Position numbers and translations under genes: made by a program. Below, one piece after another: positions 9,950 to 19,879 of a stretch of DNA of 64,000 bases; position 1 is the stretch's first letter, and the number at the start of each line of letters is the position of its first letter. The notes beneath the pieces were generated by a model that saw only the letters and a program-made list of their open reading frames with translations, had not been told where the DNA came from and ran no database searches. This DNA comes from an uncultured bacterium (GTDB lineage Bacteria > Acidobacteriota > Thermoanaerobaculia > Multivoradales > J023), in the NCBI GenBank assembly GCA_937948815.1, contig CALFAM010000201.1:4176-68175 (forward strand), written 5' to 3'.

Positions 9950-10531
9950 GTGTCGGAAGATCTGGATTTGGTGCGCCGTGCGCTCGTAGGAGAGGTCGGC
10001 GCGGTCGAAGCGCTGACAACGCTCGTCCGTCGCCTGGTCCTCGGTTTGGCGAGCAAGCGGTTCGGTCTCGACGCGGAAACCGCGGAAGACCTTCTGCAGG
10101 CCAGCCTGACGCGCTTGTGGGAGCATGATTGCCGCGCGCTTCGCGCCTGGCGTGGCAATGGGCGTCTGACCACCTATCTCACCGTAATCGTCTCGAACCT
10201 GTGGTTCCGCGAGCGGGCGCGCTTGGCGCGCCGGGACGTGACGCTGCGCATGGCGCCGGTGGAGGAGCCGCTTCCGCCACCGACGCCGGCGGACCTCTTG
10301 GCGAGCAAGGAGCAGTGTCGGGAGGTCGAGGCGGCGCTCGGCCAACTGCGCCCGCGCGACCGCTTGCTCCTCAGCCTGCGATTCGTCGACGACAAGAGCC
10401 CGAAGGAGATCGCGAGCATGCTCGGAATGCAGCCGGCCACCGCACGCAAGGCCCTTCACGACGCCACGCGTCGCTTGCGGCGAGTCTACGAGGAAGAGGC
10501 CGCGAAGCTTACGCCCGGGAGATCTGCATGA
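9950..10531 (+). CDS. ECF RNA polymerase sigma factor
   Basis: Sigma-70 region 2 (..DLLQASLTRLWEH..YLTVIVSNLWFRERAR) and region 4 (LSLRFVDDKSPKEIASMLGMQPATARKALHDATRRLRRVY). GTG start. The stop overlaps the downstream anti-sigma start (ATGA). Confidence 0.75.
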   Translation: MSEDLDLVRRALVGEVGAVEALTTLVRRLVLGLASKRFGLDAETAEDLLQASLTRLWEHDCRALRAWRGNGRLTTYLTVIVSNLWFRERARLARRDVTLRMAPVEEPLPPPTPADLLASKEQCREVEAALGQLRPRDRLLLSLRFVDDKSPKEIASMLGMQPATARKALHDATRRLRRVYEEEAAKLTPGRSA

Positions 10532-11649
10532 CGGACGATTTGCAGAATGAGCTGGGCCTGCCATCGGGCGTGCGGTCCGCGCTGCGCGCAGCGGGCAATC
10601 GAAACGACGGGTCCCACATTGATCCGGTCGATCTGGCGGAGTACCTCGACGGCGCGCTCGACGCCGAGGCACATGACGCGCTCGAAGCGCATCTCGCGAT
10701 CTGTGCTCCGTGTCGCGAAGTGATGGCGAACGCGGCAGGCCTAGCCGAGGCCGTCCTCGCGGAGGATGGGGCCGAGCCCGTGCCCGGACCTGCGGCAGCG
10801 AACGATCTCGTTCCCGCCGCGGTGCCCAAACGCGGAGCCTCCGAGCGGACCACTTGGCTGGCCCTGGCGGCGCTGGTCGTCGTCGCGCTCGGCCTCGCCT
10901 GGACGCAACTGCGAGGCCCCCGGGGCGGCGAATCCTTGGCAGCGCTGGGGATCACGCCCGAGATCGCGGCCGGGGTGGAGCCAGGGCTGCTGCGCGCGGC
11001 CGCGCGCGTGGCGTCGGGCGAATGGCCCGGTGGTGTCGACCTCGATTCATTCGGCACGCCTGGCGGTCCGGCCGTGCTGCGTACCGGCGATGTGGCCGAC
11101 GGTCCCGAGCCGCTCGTACCGCGCTGGTCGGCGGTCGACGATCCGCGGCCGGTGTTTCGATGGCGATGGCTGGGGGAGGAGATTCCGGACCGCGTCGAAG
11201 TCCTGGTTGTGAACCTGGAGGAGAAGCCGGTCGTCTTTCTCGAAGTCGAGATGTCCGACACGGCTGACATGGGGTCCGATGGGGCGGGGCGTTGGTCGGC
11301 GAGGGTACCGTCGTCCTCACCAGCGCTGAAGCGTGGTGAGGCCTACGCCTGGAAGGTCAACGTCCAGCAGGCGGGCGAGTGGCTGGCGTCGGCCTATGTC
11401 CCGTTCAAGGTCTTGCGTGAGGAGGCGTCGGCGCGCCTGGCAGACGAGCTCGCGGCAGCCGGCGACGTGGCCTTCTTGCGCGCCGTGGTTCTCGCTTCCC
11501 ATGGGCTCGATGCGCCGGCCCTCGAAGCCCTCGCCGAGATCCCTACGCCGTCACCGGAGCGCACAGCCCTTGCGCGCGATCTGCTCGCGCGCAAGCGACT
11601 GTCCACAGACGCCGTTCGCGCCGAGCTCGCACGTCTCGACACGCCATGA
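10528..11649 (+). CDS. Anti-sigma factor (zinc-finger ZAS N-domain, single TM, periplasmic C-domain)
   Basis: HLAICAPCREVM (H-x3-C-x2-C) shortly after the N-terminus. TM helix TTWLALAALVVVALGLAWTQL. Translationally coupled on both sides, with ATGA overlaps at 10528 and 11646. Confidence 0.65.
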   Translation: MTDDLQNELGLPSGVRSALRAAGNRNDGSHIDPVDLAEYLDGALDAEAHDALEAHLAICAPCREVMANAAGLAEAVLAEDGAEPVPGPAAANDLVPAAVPKRGASERTTWLALAALVVVALGLAWTQLRGPRGGESLAALGITPEIAAGVEPGLLRAAARVASGEWPGGVDLDSFGTPGGPAVLRTGDVADGPEPLVPRWSAVDDPRPVFRWRWLGEEIPDRVEVLVVNLEEKPVVFLEVEMSDTADMGSDGAGRWSARVPSSSPALKRGEAYAWKVNVQQAGEWLASAYVPFKVLREEASARLADELAAAGDVAFLRAVVLASHGLDAPALEALAEIPTPSPERTALARDLLARKRLSTDAVRAELARLDTP

Positions 11650-14078
11650 ACGGCCGCGTTGGTTTCGGCATCGCGGCCGTGCTCGTCCTTTTCTCCGTGC
11701 CGGCGTGGCCGCAGGACGCGACAGAAGAAGCCCGCCTGCTCGTGGCGAGCGGTCGGCAAGCATTCAGTGCCACGCGCTACGACGACGCCCTGGCCAACTT
11801 GGAAGCGGCTGCCGAGCAGCTCGCCGCCGCGGGCGACGCCATCGGTGAAGCGACGGTGGGCCTCGAGATTGGCCTGGTCTTGCTCGAGGCCGGGGCCATG
11901 CGCCGGGGTCGGGCGGTCATCGAGCAGTCGGTGGCGTCGCTGCCGCCCGACATCGATACCGCGCTCCAAGGACGTGCACTGATTCGGCTGGCCCAGGGCA
12001 TGCGGGCGACCCAGGATGTCGAAGACGCCGAAGGGGCCCTCGATCGGGCCTACCGGATCTATGCCGATGCGGAAGATCGTGATGGATTGTCCAAGGTCTG
12101 GGCGGAGCGAAGCGCGCTCGCGGGTCTGGATGCCCGGTGGGATCGCGCGGCGGACTTCGCGGCCCGCGCCGTGGCGCTTGCTGAGGACCCCGGGCGCCGC
12201 CTCGGTGCCATGGCCAACGAGAGCTATGCGCTGCACCAGCTCGGCGAGCTCGAAGCCGCGCGCGCGGCCTACCGTCGGGTACTGGCCGAGTCCAAGGCGC
12301 AGCGTGATCTGCGCTTCGTGAACTTCGCCTACTGCAACATTGCCGACGTGTCGTGGCAGCTCGGCGAGAAGCGGCCGGCACTCGAAGACCTGTGGCGCGC
12401 CCTCGAAGGCATCGAGCGCGCGCGGTCGCAGATCGCGGGAACGCCGGAAGAGCGCACGGCCTACCTGGCACGGCAAGTCGCGGTCTACGATCGCCTGATT
12501 CGCTTCCTGGTCGACACCAGCGACAGTCGCTCGGCCTTCAACGTCGCGGAGCGCTTTCGGGCGCGCTCGTTCCTCGAGATGCTGCGCGCGACCGAGTCTG
12601 TTTCCGGGGGAGCTCCCGGGTCTGGGATGCCCGCATCCGCGGCCCACGCGGGCCTGGCGACCCAGCAGCGTGCGGTCGTCCAGTCGCTCGGCGCGGCCCG
12701 CCTCGCGCTCCAGGAACAGACGACGGCTGACGGCCGGGCGACGGTGCGACGGGAGCTCGAGGCCCTCGAGATCGAGCTCGACCGCTTGCGCGCGGCGCAG
12801 CGTGGGGAGGGCCGCGGTGACGAGAACGGTGACGGGCGCGGCGCGGTGGCCGATCGGCGCGCGCGCGGCGCCATCGGCGACATCAGCGACCTCCAAGAGG
12901 CCCTGGCGCCGGACGAGGTCGTGTTGGCCTATTGGGTCTCCGAGGCGCGGACCTTGGTCTGGGTGATCGGTGCCGACAACCGGATCTTGTTTCAGGTCCC
13001 CCTCAGCCAGGCGGAGCTCGCCGCAGCCGTTCGGGACTATCTCGAGCCTTTGCGATTCCCGAGACGTGCCGAGGATCTGGCGATTCGGGGCCAGGAGCAT
13101 CGCCACATCGCGGGTGGGCGCGAGCTGTACCGCTGGCTGATCGAGCCGATGCCGGACTGGGCCAAGGCGGCGCGGCGTTTGATCGTCATTCCGGATGCCG
13201 AGCTTCACTATCTGCCGTTCGAAGCCCTGATCCAGACCTGTGACGAAGATGCCGCGGTCGGCACTGCCGTTCACGACGCCTACCGCCGCTGCACCTTCTT
13301 GGGGCTCGAGAAGGCACTCGCCTACAGCCCATCGGCCGGCACTTTCCTGGCGATTCGCAAACGCGCGCGGAATCGTCAGCCGACCTCGGACGGCGACGGA
13401 CTGCTGGCCCTGGCGCCGTCCTTCGAGGCGCCGGCGGCGCGTGCCGCGGAAGTGCTGTCGGCCGAGATGCGCAGCACGCATCTGCGCGGATTGGCGCCCC
13501 TCGCTCACACGCAGGACGAGGTCGAGCGGATCGCTGCCCTCGTTCCGAGCACGCTCTCGCTTCTGGGCGCCGAGGCAAGCGAGCTGCGGTTCAAGACCGA
13601 AGCCGGGCGCTTTCGTTTCCTGCACCTGGCCACGCATGGCCTGGTCGACGATGCCCTACCCATGAGCTCTGGCGTGTTGCTCGATGCTGGTGGCGGCGAG
13701 GACGGTCTTCTTCAGGCCAACGAGATTCTTCGCCTCCGGCTGGCCGCGGAGCTGGTGACGCTCTCCGCCTGCCGCTCCGGGCGTGGACGCTTGCAGCGCG
13801 GACAGGGCATCATCGGGCTCAGCCGGGCGTTTCTCTTCGCCGGTGCCTCGTCGGTCGCGGTGTCGCTTTGGGATGTCGACGATCGCTCCACGCCGCTGCT
13901 GATGGAGACGTTCTATCGCCAGGCCGCGACCGGCAGCGACTATGACGAGGCGCTGCGGGTCGCCCGGGTGGCACTTTTCGCCGAGGAGACCGAAGCGCGG
14001 CTGGTACATCGAGCGCGAAAGGTGTCGTACGCCCACCCGCGCTTCTGGGCCGGATTCGTGCTGATCGGAACGCCCTAG
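11646..14078 (+). CDS. Periplasmic TPR-repeat protein with a C-terminal CHAT (caspase-like) peptidase domain
   Basis: Signal peptide MNGRVGFGIAAVLVLFSVPAWPQDA. TPR-like helical repeats in the first ~400 aa. CHAT hallmarks LHLATHGLVDD.. and LVTLSACRSGRG (His/Cys dyad), then FLFAGASSVAVSLWDVDD. Confidence 0.75.
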   Translation: MNGRVGFGIAAVLVLFSVPAWPQDATEEARLLVASGRQAFSATRYDDALANLEAAAEQLAAAGDAIGEATVGLEIGLVLLEAGAMRRGRAVIEQSVASLPPDIDTALQGRALIRLAQGMRATQDVEDAEGALDRAYRIYADAEDRDGLSKVWAERSALAGLDARWDRAADFAARAVALAEDPGRRLGAMANESYALHQLGELEAARAAYRRVLAESKAQRDLRFVNFAYCNIADVSWQLGEKRPALEDLWRALEGIERARSQIAGTPEERTAYLARQVAVYDRLIRFLVDTSDSRSAFNVAERFRARSFLEMLRATESVSGGAPGSGMPASAAHAGLATQQRAVVQSLGAARLALQEQTTADGRATVRRELEALEIELDRLRAAQRGEGRGDENGDGRGAVADRRARGAIGDISDLQEALAPDEVVLAYWVSEARTLVWVIGADNRILFQVPLSQAELAAAVRDYLEPLRFPRRAEDLAIRGQEHRHIAGGRELYRWLIEPMPDWAKAARRLIVIPDAELHYLPFEALIQTCDEDAAVGTAVHDAYRRCTFLGLEKALAYSPSAGTFLAIRKRARNRQPTSDGDGLLALAPSFEAPAARAAEVLSAEMRSTHLRGLAPLAHTQDEVERIAALVPSTLSLLGAEASELRFKTEAGRFRFLHLATHGLVDDALPMSSGVLLDAGGGEDGLLQANEILRLRLAAELVTLSACRSGRGRLQRGQGIIGLSRAFLFAGASSVAVSLWDVDDRSTPLLMETFYRQAATGSDYDEALRVARVALFAEETEARLVHRARKVSYAHPRFWAGFVLIGTP

Positions 14079-14281
14079 CAGCCCGATATCTCGATGGGGG
14101 CCAGTTCCAGCCCCCCATCGGTGGCACGGTCTGTCCGCGCGACGCGCGACCTCATCCTCAAGGGTCGTCGCGCTTGGGGGGCAGCCCACCACCGATCGCG
14201 TGGGGATCAAGCCTTCGGCCTCACGTCTCGGTCGCCAGAGGCTGGCCCGTTCTCGTGTTGGAATTCCGGTACGCTTCGCAC

Positions 14282-15487
14282 ATGGTGGAACGCGACGAGT
14301 TGGTTCTCTGTGCGCCGGTGCGAACACCCATCGGCAAGTTCGGTGGGGTCCTCGAGCCGCTTTCGGCGGCGGATCTTGGTGCGGCGGCGGCGCGAGCCAG
14401 TCTCGAGAGAGCTGGGCTCGATGCCGATCGTGTCGATCAGGCGGTCTTTGGCCACGCCCGCCAGGCCGGTGGGGGTCCGAATACGGCGCGTCAGGTGGCG
14501 GTGCGTGCTGGCCTCCCGATTTCGAGTCCCGCTTTCACGGTGAACCAGGCGTGTGGCTCTGGGCTGCAGGCGGTGCTGTGCGCGGCCCGGGCGATCTGGC
14601 TCGGGGAGGCGGACATCGTGCTCGCCGGGGGCACGGAATCGATGTCGAACACACCGTTCTTGCTGCCGACGTTCCGGCGGGGTTTTCGGATGGGGCACCA
14701 GCCCGTGGTCGACGGCATGTACCGCGACGGCTTCGATGATCCGATCTCGGAGTTGCGCATGGGCGAGACCGCCGAGGAGCTGGCGGAAGACACCGGCATC
14801 GATCGTGTGGCGTCGGATGCGTGGGCGGCTGAGAGCCAACGGCGCTGCGAAGCGGCCCGGGCCCGTGGACGTTTCGCATCCGAGATCGTGCCGGTGGCGG
14901 TGCCCGCGGGCCGGTCAGCACGCGGTGAGATGCGCGAGATCTTGGTGGACGAGCATCCGCGGGACGGCGTGACCGCGGAAGGGCTGGCCAAGTTGAAGCC
15001 AGTCTTTCGCGCCAACGGACGGGTGACCGCGGGCAACGCCTCCGGCATCACGGACGGTGCCGCCGCCCTGATCGTCGCCCGCGCTTCGGTCGCCCGGGCG
15101 CAGGGGCTCGCGATCGCGGCTTTCTTGCGCGGCTTCGTCGCCGTGGGTGTCGAGCCACGGGTGATGGGTATCGGACCCGTTCCCGCCGTGCAGAAGCTCC
15201 TGGCCGACCATGGTTTGGGCTTCGAGGACATCGACGAGATCGAGCTCAACGAGGCATTCGCCTGCCAGGTCCTGGCCTGCCTGCGCGACCTGCCCTTCGA
15301 CCCCGCGCGGGTCAATCCTGACGGTGGCGCCATCTCCCTGGGGCATCCGATCGGTGCCACGGGCGCGCGCATCTTGGTGACGCTGCTCCATGGCCTCGCC
15401 GTACGCGATGGGCGCTACGGCATCGCCACCCTTTGCATCTCCGGCGGCCTGGGGATCGCCGCCCTGGTCGAGCGCGTGTCCGGTTAG
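14282..15487 (+). CDS. Acetyl-CoA C-acetyltransferase (thiolase)
   Basis: VRTPIGKFGG, NQACGSGLQAV (active-site Cys), and C-terminal GNASGITDGAAALI..CISGGLG. Confidence 0.85.
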   Translation: MVERDELVLCAPVRTPIGKFGGVLEPLSAADLGAAAARASLERAGLDADRVDQAVFGHARQAGGGPNTARQVAVRAGLPISSPAFTVNQACGSGLQAVLCAARAIWLGEADIVLAGGTESMSNTPFLLPTFRRGFRMGHQPVVDGMYRDGFDDPISELRMGETAEELAEDTGIDRVASDAWAAESQRRCEAARARGRFASEIVPVAVPAGRSARGEMREILVDEHPRDGVTAEGLAKLKPVFRANGRVTAGNASGITDGAAALIVARASVARAQGLAIAAFLRGFVAVGVEPRVMGIGPVPAVQKLLADHGLGFEDIDEIELNEAFACQVLACLRDLPFDPARVNPDGGAISLGHPIGATGARILVTLLHGLAVRDGRYGIATLCISGGLGIAALVERVSG

Positions 15488-15547
15488 GGCGCTTCGGAAC
15501 CGTCTGGCGCTGGCTCGAGTCCAAAGCTATCCAAGGAGATAAACACC

Positions 15548-16177
15548 ATGGAAAAGCTTACGTTCATGAGCCTCATGCATGAAGGCGGCACGGTGATGTG
15601 GATCCTGCTCGTCTTCTCGGTCCTTGTCGTCGCCACGGCGATCGAGCGTGCCCTTGTGATGCGTCGCGCCGAAGTCGACGTGGCGCCGCTCGTGCGCAAG
15701 ATCGAACAAGCCTTGATGCGCCGTCGATCGCCCGCTGAGGCGATTCGCATCTGCGACGAGTTCGGTGGTGCTGCGGCCCGTGTCGGCCGCTCGGGGCTGC
15801 GGCGGTTCGACGGTTCCGCCGTGCGCATCGAAAAGGCGATCGAGCGCCAAGGAGCAACAGAGCTCCGTCATCTCCAGCGGCGGCTCGGCGTGCTCTCCGC
15901 GGTGGCGGTCGCGGCACCGCTACTTGGATTCCTGGGCACGGTGGTCGGCATGATTCTCTCGTTTGGCGCGCTGGCGAGCTTTGGCCAGGCCAATCCAGAA
16001 ATCGTCGCGCTGGGCATCAAACAGGCGCTGACCACGACCGCGGCCGGCTTGACAGTGGCGCTGCCCGCTCAGCTTCTGCACAATTTCTTCGCGGCGCGGG
16101 TCGACCGCATCGCTGGCGCTATGGAGACGGTGGGCTACGTTTTGTTGGAGGCGCGAGCGGAGCTTGGGGGCTCGTAG
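15548..16177 (+). CDS. MotA/TolQ/ExbB proton-channel family protein
   Basis: Three TM segments and a TolQ/ExbB-like C-terminal region. RBS AAGGAGA. No ExbD/TolR partner downstream; the gene instead converges on, and overlaps, the FG-GAP gene. Confidence 0.7.
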   Translation: MEKLTFMSLMHEGGTVMWILLVFSVLVVATAIERALVMRRAEVDVAPLVRKIEQALMRRRSPAEAIRICDEFGGAAARVGRSGLRRFDGSAVRIEKAIERQGATELRHLQRRLGVLSAVAVAAPLLGFLGTVVGMILSFGALASFGQANPEIVALGIKQALTTTAAGLTVALPAQLLHNFFAARVDRIAGAMETVGYVLLEARAELGGS

Positions 16178-17924
16178 CCGACCAGGCCGACGTATCGCCT
16201 GACTCGAAACCATCGGCGAAGAGGGCGCTCAGGGTGCCGCTCAGGATGATCAGATTGCCGACGTCGACCGCGCCGGGCGCGATGCCATTGCCGACCATCT
16301 CGTTGGTCACCAGGTCGGTGCGGCCGTCTCCGTCGACGTCGGCCGCCGTACCGCTGTAGGCGAGCGTGTCGCCGCGATCACTGCCGTTGCGGCCGTTGGC
16401 GCCATGGTACTGGGTGATGCGCATGGTGGCGGGTGGTGCGGCCAGGTCAATGGGGTTCGGCCAGCCACCGGACTGGCCATGCAACACGTCGACGACACCG
16501 GCGCTGACCCGCCCTTGCGGCTCTGCGTGAGGGGAACCGGTGGCGAGATCGGCGATGCCGTCGCCATCGAAGTCTCCATGCATGGCCGTGTCGGACGAGA
16601 TGTCACCCGCGGCGGCGCCGAGCACGTTGCTGCGGCGAATCGATGCCGGCAGGGCGTCGCGGTCGACCACCAGGCCCTTGAGAGCACGTGCCTCATAGAA
16701 GACGTGTCCGATGCCGGCGCGCGTGCGGCCGCTGGGCGACGCGACGAGGTCACCGATGAAGAGGTCGGGCTCGCCGTCGCCGTCGTAGTCGAGACCACCG
16801 AGAATCTCTTCGCCAAACGACACATTCGAGGCACCGCCGTCGAGAATCGTGCGACTGCCGGGCGACGAATCGATCGCGAAGCTAAATCCCGGAACCCACG
16901 GATCCCCCGTGAAGTTGTCGTCCCAGGCGATGTAGAGCGTGCCTTCCGGTGTGCCGCCAGTCGCATGGGTCGGTCCGCCGGTTCCGCTCGGGGCGAGGGC
17001 AGCTCCCGCACGATTGAGGGTCGCGGCGATCAACACCTCTCCGAGGCCGTTGCCGTCGAGGTCAGCGATCTGCACCGTACCGCCGAAGTGGAACTCTTCC
17101 GCCGAAGCCGATGCCGGAGGGGTGATGCGCGCGATATCGCCCGCCAGGGCGGTGGTGCCGAAGCTCGCGAGGTCGACAGTCGAGCCGGCGGCGAGGTGGC
17201 TGCCGCCGCGGACCAGGTAGGCCGTCCCGGCGTGGTCGGAGCCCGGGAGATCTTCCTGGTCGGATCCGATGACGATGTCCGCGACATCGTCGCCCGTCAC
17301 ATCGCCGGTGCGGGCCCAGATGCACAATCGGTCGGTCTCGCCATTGCCGATGATCGTGGTGATGGCAATGCCCGCTGGTGGGTTCCGCAGGTCGAGGTAT
17401 TGCAAGCTCTGAGCATGAATGCGTAGCGCGGGGCTGCCGACGATGATGCTGAGCGCTCCGGCTCCCCGACGGGCCACGGTCGGTGAGAAATTCTGGCGGC
17501 AGATCAGCAGGTCGCCGAGGCCATCACCGGTCACGTCATCCATCCAGATTTCCGAGCCGGCCGTTTCCGAGATGCCGTCTCCCGCGATCTTGAGAATGTC
17601 GCCGTCGAAGCCCGCGGTGTCGAGAACGCCTTCGGTCGTGCCGTCGCCAAAGATCAGATAGGTCTCGCCGGCCGTGGTGCGTCCCAGGGGATCTGCGCGC
17701 ATGGCCGACATCGCAAAGTCCAGCACCTTGTCGCCGTCGCAATCGAAGCCGCCAGCGATCGGCACCCCGGACGTGCCGTTGCCTGCCGAGCCGTGGGCCC
17801 GAAGCAAGGTGCCGTCGTCCGTCGTGAGGTCCGCAATGTCGACGACCGTGACCTCGGCGACGGCGGCCTGGGTCAGGAGCAGGCCGAGGCATGCACGGGG
17901 AACGAGCTCTCGGAGTCGGAACAT
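16119..17924 (-). CDS. Secreted FG-GAP (integrin-alpha-like beta-propeller) repeat protein with the conserved C-terminal tail ..LFADGFESGDTSAWS..
   Basis: Signal peptide MFRLRELVPRACLGLLLTQAAVA. Multiple FG-GAP/Ca-binding motifs (GDFDGDGIADL, DYDGDGEPDLFIG, DVDGDGRTDL, DLDGNGLGEVL). C-terminus ..LFADGFESGDTSAWSATSPQAPLAPPTKRSPPSP. Confidence 0.7.
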   Translation of the reverse strand: MFRLRELVPRACLGLLLTQAAVAEVTVVDIADLTTDDGTLLRAHGSAGNGTSGVPIAGGFDCDGDKVLDFAMSAMRADPLGRTTAGETYLIFGDGTTEGVLDTAGFDGDILKIAGDGISETAGSEIWMDDVTGDGLGDLLICRQNFSPTVARRGAGALSIIVGSPALRIHAQSLQYLDLRNPPAGIAITTIIGNGETDRLCIWARTGDVTGDDVADIVIGSDQEDLPGSDHAGTAYLVRGGSHLAAGSTVDLASFGTTALAGDIARITPPASASAEEFHFGGTVQIADLDGNGLGEVLIAATLNRAGAALAPSGTGGPTHATGGTPEGTLYIAWDDNFTGDPWVPGFSFAIDSSPGSRTILDGGASNVSFGEEILGGLDYDGDGEPDLFIGDLVASPSGRTRAGIGHVFYEARALKGLVVDRDALPASIRRSNVLGAAAGDISSDTAMHGDFDGDGIADLATGSPHAEPQGRVSAGVVDVLHGQSGGWPNPIDLAAPPATMRITQYHGANGRNGSDRGDTLAYSGTAADVDGDGRTDLVTNEMVGNGIAPGAVDVGNLIILSGTLSALFADGFESGDTSAWSATSPQAPLAPPTKRSPPSP

Positions 17925-18136
17925 GGTGACGACCTCCTCGGTGTTGTAGTGAGTGCGTGTCATTGCGCGTTTGGCGAGCGCGGCCGAAGGGACGTTCCCG
18001 CGCGGTAGGAAGCCGGCTAGGCAGGGCGCTTGCCGAGGCAACGTCTAACCAGTTCGAGCCCGCTGCGCGCGTAATCCCTTCGGGGTGCTGATGGTACCGC
18101 TCAGATCACGTCAGCATGGCGCGAGCGTGATGTCCA

Positions 18137-18625
18137 TCAAAACGTCAAGCTGAGCGTCTCGCCGGGCAGTGTTGCCTGCCAACGGGTGAAAAGATCGTGG
18201 ATCCGCGCTCGTATGCGCTCGAGCGCGCTGTCCGTGACGGCATCCGGATCCCCACGACCACTGTTGGCCGCAAAGAGCTTCGAATGTTCGTTGAGCTCGG
18301 CCGCGGTCCATGTCGTGCCGCTCGCGCGCTCCGCGTCCAGCCAACCGACGATGTGCTCGACCGTTGCCGTCTCGTCGGGAATCGCTCCATGCCTTCCCTT
18401 TCCCGTCGTATCTTCGATGTCCCAGCCCTGGGCGATCAAGCCATAGAAGCCTTGCCGAAAGCCCAACTCCGTCTCGACCGCCAGGTGGGTCAGGTCGTGG
18501 AACGGGAAGAAGGCGGCACGAGGACCTTGATGGCGCTGACAGGTCTCTGAGCCGTCCACGCGTTGGCAGCGAAGGACTGCGCCGCCGTCCGGTCGTTTGG
18601 TGAGCAGGATCTCGAGCGCGGCCAT
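18137..18625 (-). CDS. Hypothetical protein
   Basis: 162-aa ORF with a protein-like composition (FPFHDLTHLAVETELGFRQGFYGLIAQGWDIEDT). No family recognised. Confidence 0.4.
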   Translation of the reverse strand: MAALEILLTKRPDGGAVLRCQRVDGSETCQRHQGPRAAFFPFHDLTHLAVETELGFRQGFYGLIAQGWDIEDTTGKGRHGAIPDETATVEHIVGWLDAERASGTTWTAAELNEHSKLFAANSGRGDPDAVTDSALERIRARIHDLFTRWQATLPGETLSLTF

Positions 18626-18784
18626 GGTTCGTTCTCTGGGTCAGCAGTCCTCTCGGGCGCCATGCCCGTATCCTGCCACGAGCAGGCATGCAGGTCATGC
18701 TACCGCTGGCTCGCATGATCGACCGTCGCGCCCATCGTCTTCGACTCACCATCATACGGGGCTCCCGTAGTCCGCGAGGCTTCC

Positions 18785-19723
18785 ATGGCTTACCAACCGA
18801 CATCGATGCCCCACACGGGTATCGCGACGTTCTGCAAAGCGCCCTTCGAACCGGATCTCTCTCGCCTCGATGCGGATGTAGGCGTTTTCGGCATTCCTTA
18901 CGACGAGGCGACCGCCATGCGCCCGGGGTCGCGCCAGGCACCGCGGGCGATTCGTGATGCATCGACGCGCTTCGGCTTCCTCGGCAAACCCGACTCGCCC
19001 GGCTTTTTCGACATCAACCGTGGCCGCAATCTCATGAAGGGTGTTCGCATCGCCGATTGCGGGGACGCCGACGTGACCTATTTCAACCGGGAGCGAAACT
19101 TCGAGCTGGTCGAAACGATGGTGGCCGGCATCCTCGATGCCGGCGCGCTGCCGGTTGCGCTGGGCGGCGATCACGCGATTTCCTATCCTGTGCTTCGGGC
19201 GTTCGAACGCTTCGGCCCCCTGCGGATCGTGCTGATCGATGCACACCTCGACTACAAGAACGAGCTGATGGGCCTTCGGTTCACCAACAACAGTCCGTTC
19301 CGGCGTGCCTACGAGCTGCCCTTCGTCGAGCAGATCTTGAGCTTCGGCATCCGCGGCATCAAGTCGACCGATCAAGAGTTGCGCGAGAGCCGAGACCACG
19401 GCAATCTGGTGTTCTCCAACTACGATGTCTTCGAGCGCGGCGTCGAGTCCTTGTTCGCCGACATTCCGGAAGACCTCGGCAACTACTACCTGAGTATCGA
19501 TATCGATGGGCTCGATCCTTCGATCTGCCCGGGCACCGAGAGTCCGGAAGCCGAAGGGCTCACTTTCACCCAGGTCAAGAAGATCGCGGGCGCGCTGGCC
19601 GAGCGCGGAACCCTGGTCGGTGTCGACCTGGTGGAGGTCAATCCCTACCTGGATCATGCCGAGCTGACCCAGCACATGGCGGTCCAGCTGCTGATCGAGG
19701 TACTGGCCACGCGCTTCGGCTGA
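18785..19723 (+). CDS. Arginase-family ureohydrolase (agmatinase/guanidino-acid hydrolase-like)
   Basis: Arginase-family metal-binding motifs LGGDHAISYP, LIDAHLDYK (DAHxD) and SIDIDGLDPS. Confidence 0.8.
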   Translation: MAYQPTSMPHTGIATFCKAPFEPDLSRLDADVGVFGIPYDEATAMRPGSRQAPRAIRDASTRFGFLGKPDSPGFFDINRGRNLMKGVRIADCGDADVTYFNRERNFELVETMVAGILDAGALPVALGGDHAISYPVLRAFERFGPLRIVLIDAHLDYKNELMGLRFTNNSPFRRAYELPFVEQILSFGIRGIKSTDQELRESRDHGNLVFSNYDVFERGVESLFADIPEDLGNYYLSIDIDGLDPSICPGTESPEAEGLTFTQVKKIAGALAERGTLVGVDLVEVNPYLDHAELTQHMAVQLLIEVLATRFG

Positions 19724-19879
19724 AGACACGGCTGCCCGAGCTCGTCGGGCGAGCGTCATACCGGGTGCCGGAGGCCGGGCTGTGCAAAGACGCGGCAAAG
19801 ATCGGTCGACCAAGCCATGAAGTCCGTGGCTTCGACGGCTGCCGGGCCCGCCCGCTCGACATATACTTCGGATCCGGCC

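Noticed and set aside
11394-13637. 747-aa minus-strand ORF
   Set aside because: Antisense to the well-supported TPR-CHAT gene; R/G-rich nonsense composition.
11646-14078. CHAT protease as part of a gasdermin/defence-type system
   Set aside because: There is no gasdermin-like or NACHT/STAND partner. The protein has a signal peptide and is embedded in a sigma/anti-sigma operon, which points to envelope signalling instead.
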